Shown here in pieces: positions 18,728-30,500 of a stretch of 64,000 nucleotides of DNA. The notes under the pieces were generated by a model that was given only the letters and a program-made list of their open reading frames with translations, ran no database searches and was not told the DNA's origin. Positions within the stretch are counted from its first letter, which is position 1; every line of letters begins with the position of its first letter. The stretch is from Gammaproteobacteria bacterium (GTDB taxonomy: Bacteria; Pseudomonadota; Gammaproteobacteria; Eutrophobiales; Eutrophobiaceae): NCBI GenBank assembly GCA_965243205.1, contig CBDEUK010000002.1, forward strand, positions 1,056,001 to 1,120,000, read 5' to 3'. Position numbers and translations under genes: made by a program.

Positions 18728-20239
18728 TTACGAGCTATTAGTTAGTTCGATTAAATTACCGTTATTTTTTTCTCGAATGTTTTTGGCGCCATCATTACGT
18801 AGGGCGGCGAGGTTTTCCAGGTAAGCATCATTGATATCTCCAGTAACATAATTTGCGTTAAAGCAGGAGGTATCAAACTCTTTAATTGAACTGCCTTCTA
18901 ATTTCACAGAAGCAATTAAGTCTTCAAGGTCTTGATAGACTAACCAATCGGCACCAATTTGATTGGCAATTTCTTCCGTCGTGCGATTATGAGCCACTAA
19001 TTCTTCGACCGCTGGCATATCAATACCATAAACATTTGGGTGACGAACCGCCGGGGCTGCTGATGCAAAATAGACTTTATTGGCCCCTGCATCTCGAGCC
19101 ATTTGAATGATCTCACCTGACGTTGTACCACGTACGATTGAATCATCCACCAGCATGACGTTTTTACCTTTAAACTCAGCGGCTATCGCATTGAGTTTTT
19201 GTCGTACGGAACGTTTTCTGACTGCCTGGCCAGGCATGATAAAGGTACGAGGAATATAACGATTTTTAATAAAACCTTCGCTGTATTTGACCCCAAGTTT
19301 TTCAGCCATCGGTAAAGCACAAGTACGACCAGTATCTGGTATCGGAATGATGACGTCGATATCGTGGTCAGGTCGTTCACGTAAGATTTTGTCTGCAATC
19401 GCTTCGCCCATTCTAAGACGAGTGTTATAGACCGAAATATCATCTATGACTGAATCTGGTCTGGCTAAATAAACATATTCAAAAATACAAGGTGCGTAAG
19501 ACGCATTTTCAGAACATTGTCTGCTATGTAATTGACCGTCTTTCGTGATAAAAACGGCTTCACCAGGTTCAATATCTCGAATGACTTTAAAACCTAAGGC
19601 TTCGATTGCAACCGTTTCGGAAGCAATAATGTATTCCTTACCTTTACTGGTTTCACGTTCACCAAATGCTACTGGACGAATGCCTTTGGGATCACGAAAA
19701 CCGAGTACCCCAAATCCCGTTATCATAGCGACTGCAGCATAAGCCCCAACACAACGGCGATGTAAACGTCTTACTGCATCAAATACATCATCCACAGATA
19801 AACGTAATTTACCTAAGCGCTGAAATTCGTGCGCTAAAACATTCAATAAGACTTCTGAATCTGAGTCAGTGTTTAAATGACGAAGATCATCGCGAAACAA
19901 CTCATCTTTGAGCATTTCACCATTGGTCAGATTGCCATTGTGTGCCAGTGTGATCCCATAAGGCGAATTGACATAAAATGGTTGCGCTTCGGCCGATGAA
20001 GAACATCCTGCAGTAGGATAACGAACATGGCCTATTCCCATATCCCCTTTCAAATTCAACATATGTTGCATTTGAAAGACGTCTCTGACATAGCCGTTTT
20101 CTTTACGTAAATACAAACGCCCATCTTGGTATGTCACCATTCCAGCAGCATCCTGGCCACGATGTTGTAACATCGTTAATCCATCAAAAATCATTTGATT
20201 CACTGGATTTTTACCAACAATGCCTACAATGCCACACAT
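18728..20239 (-). CDS. purF: Amidophosphoribosyltransferase
   Basis: MCGIVG, QHRGQDAAG, VDDSIVRGTT. Confidence 0.98.
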   Translation of the reverse strand: MCGIVGIVGKNPVNQMIFDGLTMLQHRGQDAAGMVTYQDGRLYLRKENGYVRDVFQMQHMLNLKGDMGIGHVRYPTAGCSSSAEAQPFYVNSPYGITLAHNGNLTNGEMLKDELFRDDLRHLNTDSDSEVLLNVLAHEFQRLGKLRLSVDDVFDAVRRLHRRCVGAYAAVAMITGFGVLGFRDPKGIRPVAFGERETSKGKEYIIASETVAIEALGFKVIRDIEPGEAVFITKDGQLHSRQCSENASYAPCIFEYVYLARPDSVIDDISVYNTRLRMGEAIADKILRERPDHDIDVIIPIPDTGRTCALPMAEKLGVKYSEGFIKNRYIPRTFIMPGQAVRKRSVRQKLNAIAAEFKGKNVMLVDDSIVRGTTSGEIIQMARDAGANKVYFASAAPAVRHPNVYGIDMPAVEELVAHNRTTEEIANQIGADWLVYQDLEDLIASVKLEGSSIKEFDTSCFNANYVTGDINDAYLENLAALRNDGAKNIREKNNGNLIELTNSS

Positions 20240-20244
20240 ATTAT

Positions 20245-20769
20245 CTACCCTTTATTTTGCAAATTCGGAATGATTGTTGTCTTATAACCATGATGTTCTG
20301 CAACACTTTGCGGTAAATATTGACGTCCTAAAACACATAAAGTCTGAAATGGTTTGATCATTTTTGAAGTCTGCCACCAAGGTTCTTGCGGAAACGCTGT
20401 GAAACCAGCAAAAAATATTACCAGTGTCACGATCGCTCCACCCAATCCGACTCCAAAAAATAATCCAAGCATTCTATCTGCTGCGGTTAAACCACTTCGG
20501 CCTAACAACTTAACGATTAAATAGCCCAAAGTCGAAAAGACCATCAAGCTAATTAAAAATAGCCCTACAAAGGCCAAACCCGTTCGTATCGCCAGAGAAT
20601 CCACAACATCAACTAACATAGGCTCAAATACTGAAGAAAATTTCATTGCTACGCCACCCGCAACTGCCCATGCTAGAAGTGAAAACAAAATATTCAGAAA
20701 CCCATAAAATACCCCGACTAATGCGGGTATAGCGATAATCACTAATAAAACTATATCGACGGTTTCCAT
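20245..20769 (-). CDS. cvpA: CvpA family membrane protein
   Basis: Hydrophobic, GLTAADRMLG motif, directly upstream of purF. Confidence 0.9.
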   Translation of the reverse strand: METVDIVLLVIIAIPALVGVFYGFLNILFSLLAWAVAGGVAMKFSSVFEPMLVDVVDSLAIRTGLAFVGLFLISLMVFSTLGYLIVKLLGRSGLTAADRMLGLFFGVGLGGAIVTLVIFFAGFTAFPQEPWWQTSKMIKPFQTLCVLGRQYLPQSVAEHHGYKTTIIPNLQNKG

Positions 20770-20866
20770 GAAATTATTTACACAGTAAAACTAAAAATTG
20801 GATTCTACGCTATCAAGAATTTTTGTCATCATATGGTAACAATGATGATGGCAGGATCAATGATTT

Positions 20867-21520
20867 TCAAGGATATTCAATAACAATACCCTGGATTTTC
20901 ACCAGCTCATTGAGTCGTTTTTTCAAGGCTTCCGCTTTGGCCTTATCGGCTTGAGGTGGGCCAACCCTGACACGATAGGTAGTTTTAGTATTAGCGGTAT
21001 TTTTTAATGGATCAATAAACGATTTAAATTGCTTATCGAGTAATTTTTGATTCAGCTTTTTAGCATTCTCTTCGCTCTCAAAACTGCCTAATTGAACAAC
21101 CCAACCTTTACTAATCCCCATTAGTTCTTGTTCCGTTGGTGTTTTCACAGGGCTGGTTGTGATACTGACTGACTCAACGGATTGCATTTGTTCCGCAGGT
21201 GATTGTTCTGAAGATTGATTATCAGCTTGAGGCGTTGACTTAACTTCAGCCGACTCTGCTTGTGTTTGCTCTAAAGGTTCTTCAATAGTGCTAACCTCTG
21301 TCACAGTTTCAATTGATTCGGTGATTGGTTGTTCAATCACTTCATTAATTTCAGTGACAGGAACTAAACTGGTCTGAGGTTCAACTTCAGATACAGGTTG
21401 ATTTTCTTCTGGCATTACTAAAGTGACAGGGGCATCACTTAAAAATAAAGGAATAAAAATAGCGGCAAACAGTGTTAGGACAATTGCACCAATCAGCCTT
21501 TGTTTTAAATTCGTCTCCAT
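20867..21520 (-). CDS. dedD: SPOR-domain cell division protein
   Basis: LKQRLIGAIVL N-terminal TM; WVVQLGSF..YRVRVGP; between folC and cvpA. Confidence 0.88.
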   Translation of the reverse strand: METNLKQRLIGAIVLTLFAAIFIPLFLSDAPVTLVMPEENQPVSEVEPQTSLVPVTEINEVIEQPITESIETVTEVSTIEEPLEQTQAESAEVKSTPQADNQSSEQSPAEQMQSVESVSITTSPVKTPTEQELMGISKGWVVQLGSFESEENAKKLNQKLLDKQFKSFIDPLKNTANTKTTYRVRVGPPQADKAKAEALKKRLNELVKIQGIVIEYP

Positions 21521-21529
21521 AAGTTAAGA

Positions 21530-22813
21530 CTATTCGTTATTCAAAATACTAATTGCGGCACCGACCGTTATAAACGAACCGGTGATAATGATCCTATCAC
21601 CTGGAACCGCTTGTTGTTGAACATCCTCAATAGCAGTAGCCATATCGCTAAAGGTGGTGAAAGGTTTATCTGTTCCTAATTTATTTAATTCATCAATCAA
21701 AATTTGTGTATCCGTTGCTCGAGGAGAATCCAGTTCAACAATACGCCAGCTATCGGCAACTTTATCAAGCTCCCGAAAGACGGCGGTATGATCTTTATCA
21801 CTCAACATACCGATAACTATATGAGTGCTACCCTTACATTCTAGTTCAGATAAATTTTTTGATAGAGTTGTTGCCGCTTGTTCGTTATGAGCAACATCCA
21901 TAAATATGTCGACATCACCTTCAATCTTTTGAAAACGCCCTGCCAATTCAAACTGCTCTAATCCTTGTCGAATAGATGCTTCAGTTATTTCAAATTTTTC
22001 TGGTAAACAATGAAGAGCCATCATAACACCAGAGGCATTAAGCATTTGATACGAGCTGTGTTCACAAGGACGAGGCAATGACTCATACCCAGTTTTTTTA
22101 CTGTTCCAACTCCAATCATCAGAACGTTGTTCGAAAGAATAATCTCTATTTAACAAAAATAAGTCTGCATTAATCTCATTAGTATATTCAATCAATGATT
22201 CTGGCGGATTCTGATCTGAGCAAACAGCTGGACGATTTGACCTACAAATACCTGCTTTCTCTCTTGCAATAAGATCGCGTGTATCGCCTAACCAGTCTTG
22301 ATGATCGAGAGCAATACTCGTTACTAAAGCAACATCGGCATCCAAAATATTAACTGCGTCTAATCTACCGCCTAGACCAACTTCCATCACAGCAATATCA
22401 ACGCCTTGGCGAATAAAAATATCAATCGCCGCTAAAGTCCCAAATTCAAAAAACGTCAGTGATATATCGTCACGTGCACAATCAATACGTTTAAAAGCTT
22501 CGCATAACGATTGGTCATCGATTTCTTCACCGTTGATTCTTATACGCTCATTATAACGAATCAAATGCGGTGACATATAAGTGCCAACTTTATAACCAGC
22601 TGACTTGAGAATATTAGATAACATGGTAACGCTTGAACCTTTACCATTCGTTCCAGCGACACTAATCAAGGTAAAATCAGGATTTAATATATTGAGTCTA
22701 TCAGCTACTTCTTTGCAACGATCGAGTCCTAATTCAATAGAAGTAAAATGCAAGCCTTCTTGCCATGACAACCAATCTTTTAAGTTATCAAACCTGACTT
22801 CTTGTTTATTCAT
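21530..22813 (-). CDS. folC: Dihydrofolate synthase/folylpolyglutamate synthase
   Basis: VAGTNGKGS, EVGLGGRLDAVN, DVAHN. Confidence 0.97.
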   Translation of the reverse strand: MNKQEVRFDNLKDWLSWQEGLHFTSIELGLDRCKEVADRLNILNPDFTLISVAGTNGKGSSVTMLSNILKSAGYKVGTYMSPHLIRYNERIRINGEEIDDQSLCEAFKRIDCARDDISLTFFEFGTLAAIDIFIRQGVDIAVMEVGLGGRLDAVNILDADVALVTSIALDHQDWLGDTRDLIAREKAGICRSNRPAVCSDQNPPESLIEYTNEINADLFLLNRDYSFEQRSDDWSWNSKKTGYESLPRPCEHSSYQMLNASGVMMALHCLPEKFEITEASIRQGLEQFELAGRFQKIEGDVDIFMDVAHNEQAATTLSKNLSELECKGSTHIVIGMLSDKDHTAVFRELDKVADSWRIVELDSPRATDTQILIDELNKLGTDKPFTTFSDMATAIEDVQQQAVPGDRIIITGSFITVGAAISILNNE

Positions 22814-22853
22814 TGGTTTATTCGATCAGAAATAGATAGAACTAATAAATAGA

Positions 22854-23717
22854 TTAATTTGTTGTAGCTTGATGGGTAAGAATGGATAAAAGAGAATGAA
22901 TGCGATCACGCATTTCTCGTCTATCTACAATCATATCTAAATCGCCATGTTCTAATAAGAATTCACTACGCTGAAAACCTTCAGGTAATGTTTCCCGAAC
23001 AGTTTGTTCAATGACTCGTGGACCAGCAAAACCAATTAAAGCACCAGGCTCTGCAATATTGATATCGCCTAATGTCGCTAAACTCGCAGAAACACCACCC
23101 ATGGTAGGATCGGTCATTACCGAAATATATGGCAATCCTTTATCTTGTAGTTTGGCCAATGCAGAACTGGTTTTGGCCATTTGCATTAATGAGACTAATG
23201 CTTCTTGCATACGCGCTCCACCACTGGCAGAAAAACACACTAAAGGAATTTGATATTCGATTGCGGTTTCCACAGCTCGAACAAAACGCTCACCAACAAC
23301 AGATCCCATTGAGCCACCCATAAAATCAAATTCAAAAGCACATGCAACCAAAGGCAATTCTTTAACGTAGCCCATCATCACGACAAGAGCATCTGTTTCA
23401 CCTGTATTTTTTTGTGCGGCATATAAACGATCTTTATATTTCTTGCTATCGCGGAATTTTAATTTATCGACGGGCTTTACCTTATCGCCTATTTCGGTTC
23501 GATCATTCTCATCAAGAAAATGTTCAATTCGTTCGCGAGCATGAATGCGCATATGATGATTACATTTAGGGCAAACATGAGCATTACGTTCTAACTCAGC
23601 ACGATACAAAACCTGACCGCAGTTAGGACATTTCGTCCACACACCTTCAGGAACAGAACGACGACCGTTACTGTCAGTTTTAATACGCGAAGGTAATAAT
23701 TTTTGAAACCAACTCAT
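22854..23717 (-). CDS. accD: Acetyl-CoA carboxylase carboxyltransferase beta subunit
   Basis: CPNC..CPKC zinc finger, [13 protein letters not shown]. Confidence 0.98.
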   Translation of the reverse strand: MSWFQKLLPSRIKTDSNGRRSVPEGVWTKCPNCGQVLYRAELERNAHVCPKCNHHMRIHARERIEHFLDENDRTEIGDKVKPVDKLKFRDSKKYKDRLYAAQKNTGETDALVVMMGYVKELPLVACAFEFDFMGGSMGSVVGERFVRAVETAIEYQIPLVCFSASGGARMQEALVSLMQMAKTSSALAKLQDKGLPYISVMTDPTMGGVSASLATLGDINIAEPGALIGFAGPRVIEQTVRETLPEGFQRSEFLLEHGDLDMIVDRREMRDRIHSLLSILTHQATTN

Positions 23718-23750
23718 TTCGTTTTCTACCGTAATCTAATTTTTATTTTA

Positions 23751-24557
23751 CTAAACGCTATCTATTGCGGTTCGTAAGTTTAAAAGAAATTCCTTTGCAA
23801 CATTCCGTAATTGCTGTTTAGGTTCTGCATTTTGATACAAATGTTGAACTAATGCACTACCTACTACAACTGCATCACTGATTGAAGCCACAGATTTTGC
23901 AGATTCAGCATCTTTAATCCCAAAACCAACACCTATCGGTAACGATGTTTTTTCACGGATCTCATTTAATTTTTGATTCACCTGAGCAACATCGAGACTG
24001 CTACTACCCGTCACCCCTTTCAGTGAAACGTAATACACAAAACCGGATGCATTATCACATATGGATTGCAAACGTTCGCCATGAGTCGTTGGCGCAATTA
24101 AAAAAACCTGGTCGATATCGTGTTGTTGTAGTAATCGATTAAATCCATCGGTCTCTTCAGGTGGTAAATCAACAATTAATACACCATCAACGCCTGCTGC
24201 TTGAGCATTTTTTACAAAATTTTCATATCCCATTATTTCAATTGGGTTCAAATACCCCATAATGACAATAGGCACTTCGTTATTAGTTTGCCTAAATTCT
24301 TTTACAATATTTAATACATCACTAAGGCTAATATTATGTTCCAAAGCCCGTTCGCTGGCTCTTTGAATGACTGGGCCATCGGCCATTGGATCGGAAAATG
24401 GCACACCTAATTCAATAATGTTTGCCCCACCTTCAACTAAACCGTGTAATAACTCAACGGATATATCAGCATGAGGATCGCCCGCAGTAATGAAAGGTAT
24501 TAACGCTGTTTTATTTTGCTGTTTTAATGTTTCGAATAAGGTTTGAATACGACTCAT
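23751..24557 (-). CDS. trpA: Tryptophan synthase alpha chain
   Basis: ELGVPFSDPMADGPVIQ, VGFGI. Confidence 0.98.
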   Translation of the reverse strand: MSRIQTLFETLKQQNKTALIPFITAGDPHADISVELLHGLVEGGANIIELGVPFSDPMADGPVIQRASERALEHNISLSDVLNIVKEFRQTNNEVPIVIMGYLNPIEIMGYENFVKNAQAAGVDGVLIVDLPPEETDGFNRLLQQHDIDQVFLIAPTTHGERLQSICDNASGFVYYVSLKGVTGSSSLDVAQVNQKLNEIREKTSLPIGVGFGIKDAESAKSVASISDAVVVGSALVQHLYQNAEPKQQLRNVAKEFLLNLRTAIDSV

Positions 24558-24596
24558 AATTTATTTTTATTATCTTGAGAAATGTTATGACGAAAT

Positions 24597-24800
24597 TTAG
24601 TGGCCTGAATCATTCTTTAACTTAAGTTTCAATTCAAGTAATTCAATTGCCATATCTGGTATCTCTTCGTGTTGTTTACTTTCAGAAGATGCTAACCATT
24701 TTCCAACTTGTTCTAAATCAACTTTAACCATCTGAGCAACATCTAGCCTTTCGAGTTTATGGTCTACGATTAAATCAATTAGATGTTCACGGTTATCCAT
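24597..24800 (-). CDS. Small HTH-like hypothetical protein between trpB and trpA
   Basis: 67 aa, GAG-containing RBS, 8 bp after trpB; HKLERLDVAQMVKVDLEQVGKWL resembles an XRE/Cro HTH. Confidence 0.65.
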   Translation of the reverse strand: MDNREHLIDLIVDHKLERLDVAQMVKVDLEQVGKWLASSESKQHEEIPDMAIELLELKLKLKNDSGH

Positions 24801-24808
24801 AATGCTCT

Positions 24809-26053
24809 CTAAACTACAATACCTTCACGAGCAGCCACAGTATGGATATCTTTGTCACCTCGACCCGATAAATTAACAACAATGATTTTATCTTTATCCA
24901 TTTCAGCTGCCATCTTAGCGGTATGAGCCAAAGCATGGCTACTTTCTAGTGCAGGAATAATACCTTCCACTCTGGTTAAATCATGAAACGCTTGTAAAGC
25001 CTCATCATCATTAGCAGCTACATATTCAGCGCGACCAGAATCTTTTAACCAAGAATGTTCAGGCCCTACACCTGGATAATCCAAGCCAGCAGATACTGAG
25101 TGAGTTTCAATAATTTGGCCGTTTTGGTCTTCCATTAAATACGTACGATTGCCATGCAATACACCAGGTTTACCATCGTTCAATGGTGCCGCATGTTTGC
25201 CTGTTTGAACTCCATAGCCTCCTGCTTCGACTCCAACAATAGAAACTTCTTTATCATCTAAGAAAGGATGAAATAAACCAATGGCATTAGAACCTCCACC
25301 AACACAAGCAACAATCGAATCCGGTAAGCGTCCAGTTTGATCCAAACACTGCTGTCTAGCTTCGCGACCAATAATGGCTTGGAAATCTCTTACCATTGCA
25401 GGATAAGGATGTGGGCCAGCAACAGTGCCGATAATATAAAATGTGTTATCAACATAAGTGACCCAGTCTCGCATAGCTTCATTCAAAGCATCTTTTAAGG
25501 TCTTGGAACCTGATTCAACTGGAACAACTGTAGCGCCTAATAACTTCATACGATATACATTGATCATCTGACGTTGAATATCTTCAGCACCCATGTAGAC
25601 AATACATTCAAGTCCTAATCGAGCTGCAACCGTTGCAGAAGCAACGCCATGTTGGCCTGCGCCTGTTTCAGCAATGATACGTGTCTTGCCCATACGTTTG
25701 GCTAACAGTGCCTGACCAATGGTATTGTTTACTTTATGTGCACCAGTGTGATTCAAATCTTCACGTTTCAAATAAATCTGTGCGCCACCAATTTTTTGTG
25801 ACCAACGTTCAGCATGATATAAAGGCGATGGCCTTCCCACATAATGTTGTAAATCATGATCCAATTCCGCCATAAACTCAGGATCAGTCATGTACTTTTC
25901 ATAAGCCGCAGTTAATTCATCCAATGGCCCCATTAACGTTTCAGAAACAAAACGCCCGCCATATGGACCAAAATGTCCTCGTTCATCTGGATAGGGAAAT
26001 TGTTCTGTAAACCGACTGTTCGCATCAGCCTGATGATTATTAGTTACTTGCAT
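24809..26053 (-). CDS. trpB: Tryptophan synthase beta chain
   Basis: [30 protein letters not shown]; start at ATG 26053 with GAGG RBS. Confidence 0.98.
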   Translation of the reverse strand: MQVTNNHQADANSRFTEQFPYPDERGHFGPYGGRFVSETLMGPLDELTAAYEKYMTDPEFMAELDHDLQHYVGRPSPLYHAERWSQKIGGAQIYLKREDLNHTGAHKVNNTIGQALLAKRMGKTRIIAETGAGQHGVASATVAARLGLECIVYMGAEDIQRQMINVYRMKLLGATVVPVESGSKTLKDALNEAMRDWVTYVDNTFYIIGTVAGPHPYPAMVRDFQAIIGREARQQCLDQTGRLPDSIVACVGGGSNAIGLFHPFLDDKEVSIVGVEAGGYGVQTGKHAAPLNDGKPGVLHGNRTYLMEDQNGQIIETHSVSAGLDYPGVGPEHSWLKDSGRAEYVAANDDEALQAFHDLTRVEGIIPALESSHALAHTAKMAAEMDKDKIIVVNLSGRGDKDIHTVAAREGIVV

Positions 26054-26684
26054 GATTAACCTCTTGAATAAATACACGGATCTTATTCTGATCCTTTATT
26101 CCTTTGTTTACCTCGACACCACCGCTGACATCAACACCACAAGGATACGTTTGGGAAATAGCTGAAGCGACATTTTCCGGATTTAATCCTCCGGCTAATA
26201 TTATTGGTTTTGGTGAAGATTTTGGAATTAAATCCCAATTGAATTTTACACCCGTCCCGCCTTCAACACCTGGCACATAGCTGTCCAGCAATACAGCCAT
26301 TGTATCAGGATATTGCATAATCTTGGCAGTTAAATCCATCTCAGGTGTTACTCTAATTGCTTTTATAAAAGGCTTGTCATAGGCAATACATTCATTATTT
26401 GTCTCATCACCATGAAATTGCAAAACGTCTAAAGGCACTTCTCGCAAGACGGAGTTGATATAGCTTCTTTTTGCATTGACGAATAAACCTACCGTAGTCA
26501 TAAATGGAGGACATTGCTTCAATAACATTTTGGCTTGTGGAATGGATACAGAACGTGGGCTTTTTTCGTAAAATACAAAACCTACCGCATCTGCTCCAGC
26601 TTGATAAGCGGCTAGCAAATCTTCTACTCGGGTAATGCCACAAATTTTCACTCTAACTCGGTTAGAATTAATACGCTGAACCAT
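26040..26684 (-). CDS. trpF: Phosphoribosylanthranilate isomerase
   Basis: [30 protein letters not shown]. Confidence 0.97.
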   Translation of the reverse strand: MVQRINSNRVRVKICGITRVEDLLAAYQAGADAVGFVFYEKSPRSVSIPQAKMLLKQCPPFMTTVGLFVNAKRSYINSVLREVPLDVLQFHGDETNNECIAYDKPFIKAIRVTPEMDLTAKIMQYPDTMAVLLDSYVPGVEGGTGVKFNWDLIPKSSPKPIILAGGLNPENVASAISQTYPCGVDVSGGVEVNKGIKDQNKIRVFIQEVNHASN

Positions 26685-26704
26685 AAATATTGTTTCGATT
26701 TAAG

Positions 26705-27493
26705 CTATAAACACAAAGGCCATTGTGAAGGATTTGCCTTTGGTAAGGCAAATATTTCTGGATATTCCACATCAATAAAATACAACCCATCTGCAGGAGC
26801 AGTCATTCCTCCTAATTCTCGCTGCTTGGTTTCGAGTACCTCTCTTGACCAATCCACCGCTTGTTTATTCATGCCTATTTCTAAAAGCACGCCAGCGATG
26901 TTTCTAACCATATGCTGTAAAAACGCATTGGCTTTTATATCAATGAATATGTAATCACCACTTCGTTTGACGCTTAATTCATGAATCGTTCTAATTGGAG
27001 TTTTCGCCTGACAACCCTGTGCTCGATATGCACTGAAATCATGCTCACCGATTAAGCATTTAGATGCTTCAGACATTTTTTCAACATCTAATTGCCGACA
27101 TTCCCATGTGACTTTTTTATGTAACAACGCACTACGTGCATCACGATTAAGTATCACATATCGATAAGTTCTAGAAAGGGCAGAAAAACGGGCATGAAAA
27201 TCTTCTGAAACTGGCTTAACCCAGCACACATTTACATCGAAAGGCAAATTTGCATTAGTACCTAATAACCAGGAATGCATATCCCTTTCAGCCGTCGTTT
27301 CCATATGCACGATTTGTTGAATTGCATGAACACCTGAATCGGTGCGGCCAGCACAAGAAACTGTTATTGGAATATTAGCGACAGAAGATAAAGCCTTCTC
27401 AAGCGTTTGTTGAACTGTACGGCCATGATCCTGAGACTGCCAGCCATTGAATTGATGACCAAAATACTCAACCCCAAGTGCAAACTTGCTCAT
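26705..27493 (-). CDS. truA: tRNA pseudouridine(38-40) synthase
   Basis: AGRTDSGVHA, FHARFSA, FLQHMVRNI. Confidence 0.97.
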   Translation of the reverse strand: MSKFALGVEYFGHQFNGWQSQDHGRTVQQTLEKALSSVANIPITVSCAGRTDSGVHAIQQIVHMETTAERDMHSWLLGTNANLPFDVNVCWVKPVSEDFHARFSALSRTYRYVILNRDARSALLHKKVTWECRQLDVEKMSEASKCLIGEHDFSAYRAQGCQAKTPIRTIHELSVKRSGDYIFIDIKANAFLQHMVRNIAGVLLEIGMNKQAVDWSREVLETKQRELGGMTAPADGLYFIDVEYPEIFALPKANPSQWPLCL

Positions 27494-27526
27494 GAGAATT
27501 TGTTAAAAAGAGTTAAAAATAAGCTT

Positions 27527-30500
27527 TTAAATTTGATCTAATAATTGCTTGGCAACTTGTTTCTGTTCATCGTTACCTTCCGCAACGATCTCATCCAAGA
27601 TAGTCTTCGCGCTATCATTATCACCAAGCTCAACATAAGCTTTTGCTAAGTCCAATTTAGTTGATACTTCGTCTTCTAAACTTTGTTGTTCTGAGCTAGC
27701 TGAACGCGGGATAAATACAGTTTTATCGTCATCGTCAGCCATGTAATCAACTTTTGGCATTTCAACAGTCGGAGCATCATAGTTTGTCGTATTTTCAGAT
27801 AGCTCAGCAGTAGCATTTTCTGGAAGTTCAACAGTGCCTTCCATATCAATATCAAGCTCTGTGTTTGGAATCATTTCTTCTTCATCATCAAGTTCCAATT
27901 CGAAACCATCAGAAAGTGAATCCGTATTTTCTTCGTCTAATGTAAACTCATTGGTTAGATCTAAATCCACTGAACCTTCATCAACAGTCGTATCTCCAAG
28001 ATCACTCTTAAGATCATCAGTATCTTGACCATGAGTATCAAAATCGAGTGTGACTTCATCAGAAATACCCATCTTCACAGTAGGTTCAACTTCAACTTCA
28101 TCATCATTGTTATCAGAATCTAAAGTTAAGTCGACACTGAAATCATCGGTTAAAGAAATATCTGCAGCATCTAAATTAACAGTTTCTTCATCGGATGTCG
28201 GAGTTGGTATTGCGTCCATTTCAACGGTCACTGCTTCACTTGGGTCAATAGCGTCATCGCTTTTTTCTGGAAGCTCATGTGCGCCACTGATATCAAGATC
28301 TATAGAACCTGAGTCCGTAGTGCCATTATCAATATCTAATGGTAAGTCAAAATCAATACTGCTTTCTTCAGCTTCACTAGGAGTCGATGCTGCTGCATCT
28401 AAAGCATCCATAGCGCGTTCTATACTACTATCCCCTGCTGGCTCTGGGGTACTTTCAGCTTCATCAGGGACATCTAAATCCAATGCTTGGACATCAAAAT
28501 CAAGCGTGTTTTCTTCTTCTATATCTGATTTATTTGTTGCTAGAGAAGCCAATGTATCTAAATCAGTTGATGCTGTAACATCGAGTAAATCTTCTTGTGA
28601 ACCGGCGGTGATATCTAAAATATCCTCTCCACCATCACCACCAGTCAAATCCAAGATATGTTCCGCTGACTCTGAAGGTAATGAAAATTCTAATTCATCT
28701 CCAACTGCACTCGATGTTGAAACGTCGAGAATGTTTGAATCAGATAGCGTTTCTAAGTCACTGGCTTCACTTAAAGTATCAATTAAACCTTGAGGGTCAG
28801 CCCCTTTATTTTCTTCGTTGGCTTGTTTAGTCGGAAGTACATTTTGACCTGTAATATCAAGCACATCAGCAGCCGTTTCTTCTAGTCCACTATCAGGTAC
28901 AGCAGAAGGGTCTTGAGCTGTTAAATCAACAATACCTGAACCTGATGTTAATGCGTCATCGACATCATCAGGATCAATGGCTTGTGTATCATCTAATCCA
29001 TCAGTGCGTTCCGTAAAAATTTCACGGTTTGGTGATAATTCAGCCCACATTGCCAGAGCATTATCCCAATGTTCACCAGAGCTACCGAATTTATCTTGTA
29101 AAACTTTAGCGGCATCTTCGTAGGCTTTTTTATCTCCAGATGCATAATAAACTTCGAGCAGTTTTGTATGGAATTCTAAATTATCAGGTTGTTCTTCTAA
29201 ATTTTTCTTAACAAACTCTTCAGCTTGATCAAAATGCTCATAGGCAAGGAAAACATTCACTTCTGCTAATGGATCTTCATCAGCATCAGCAGAATGAGGT
29301 TCAGCATAACCTGCAGGACCACTATCAGAAAAATCATGCGCTGCAGTTTTTTCGGCGTCAGATTCAGTTGTTTCGATTGGTTGAGACAAATCAATTGGTG
29401 CATCCATGACTAACGTATCATTCGAATCAGCTTCAGGAGCCGGTTCCTCTGATACAGTTGATATTAAATCTTCGTCATCATTATCATCACTACCAAAGCT
29501 TAGAATGTCATCGTCATCATCAAGCTCTAACTCTTCCTCTTTACCAGAACGAAGTTTTTTAAGACCAAAATAACCGAGTAATAAAGCAAGTATTCCACCT
29601 AAACCTGAACCAACAAGCGTCAGATTATCCTGCACAAAACCCATGATTGATCCAAGATACTGTTGCACCATACCCATAACACCAGCACTACTATCATCAG
29701 TAGTAGTATCAGCTACACTCGTTTCTGGTTGAGTCTCTACAACAGGAGTTTCTGCAGGTATTTCTTCAATTTCATCTGGTAACGTTTCTTCTTCAAACCC
29801 ATCGTCCATAACATCAGCGATTGGTTCTTCTATTTCTTCATCGAATGATTCAGACTCTCCTGGAAAAGCTTCTTCCATAGCAGGTTCTTCGTCATACAAC
29901 TCACCATATTCAGAAAGGTCTGTTTCAGCTAATGGCTCTTCTTGAATAAATTGGGAAGATTCATCAAACGCAGATGATTCCTCAGGAATCATTTCTTCCC
30001 CAATAGTTTCAGATAACTCTGCTTCCATTGGTAAAGAATCTTCCATATCTTCAGTAAGCGGCTCTTCTTGAGGAAACTCTTCTTCAAGAGGAGCCTCTTC
30101 AATCATTTCTTCAGAGGTAGTAGCGGATATCTGCTGCCGTAGTGCAGATAGCTCATCTTCTTTAAGTACTATCAAACGATTTAAATCATCAATAATGCTT
30201 TCTGCTTCTAGAAGTTTTTCTTGAAGCTCTTTATTCTCACTTTCAAGTGCGACCAATGATTCTTGAGCAATAGCCATATCATCACTATTAACGGCTGAAC
30301 TTGATCCTGTATCGCCTGAACCTTGCCCTACTCCTGAAGTTGAATCATCAGATCCAACTAAGCGAAGTTCAGGATCGGATTCTTCTGCCAGTGTTTCTGT
30401 CGGTAAACCCGGCGAATCATCTGAGGTCGTTGGTAGAGACATACCAGAAGAATCAGGACGTTCTGAAACATTATTGGCTAACGTTTCACGATAACCTTGC

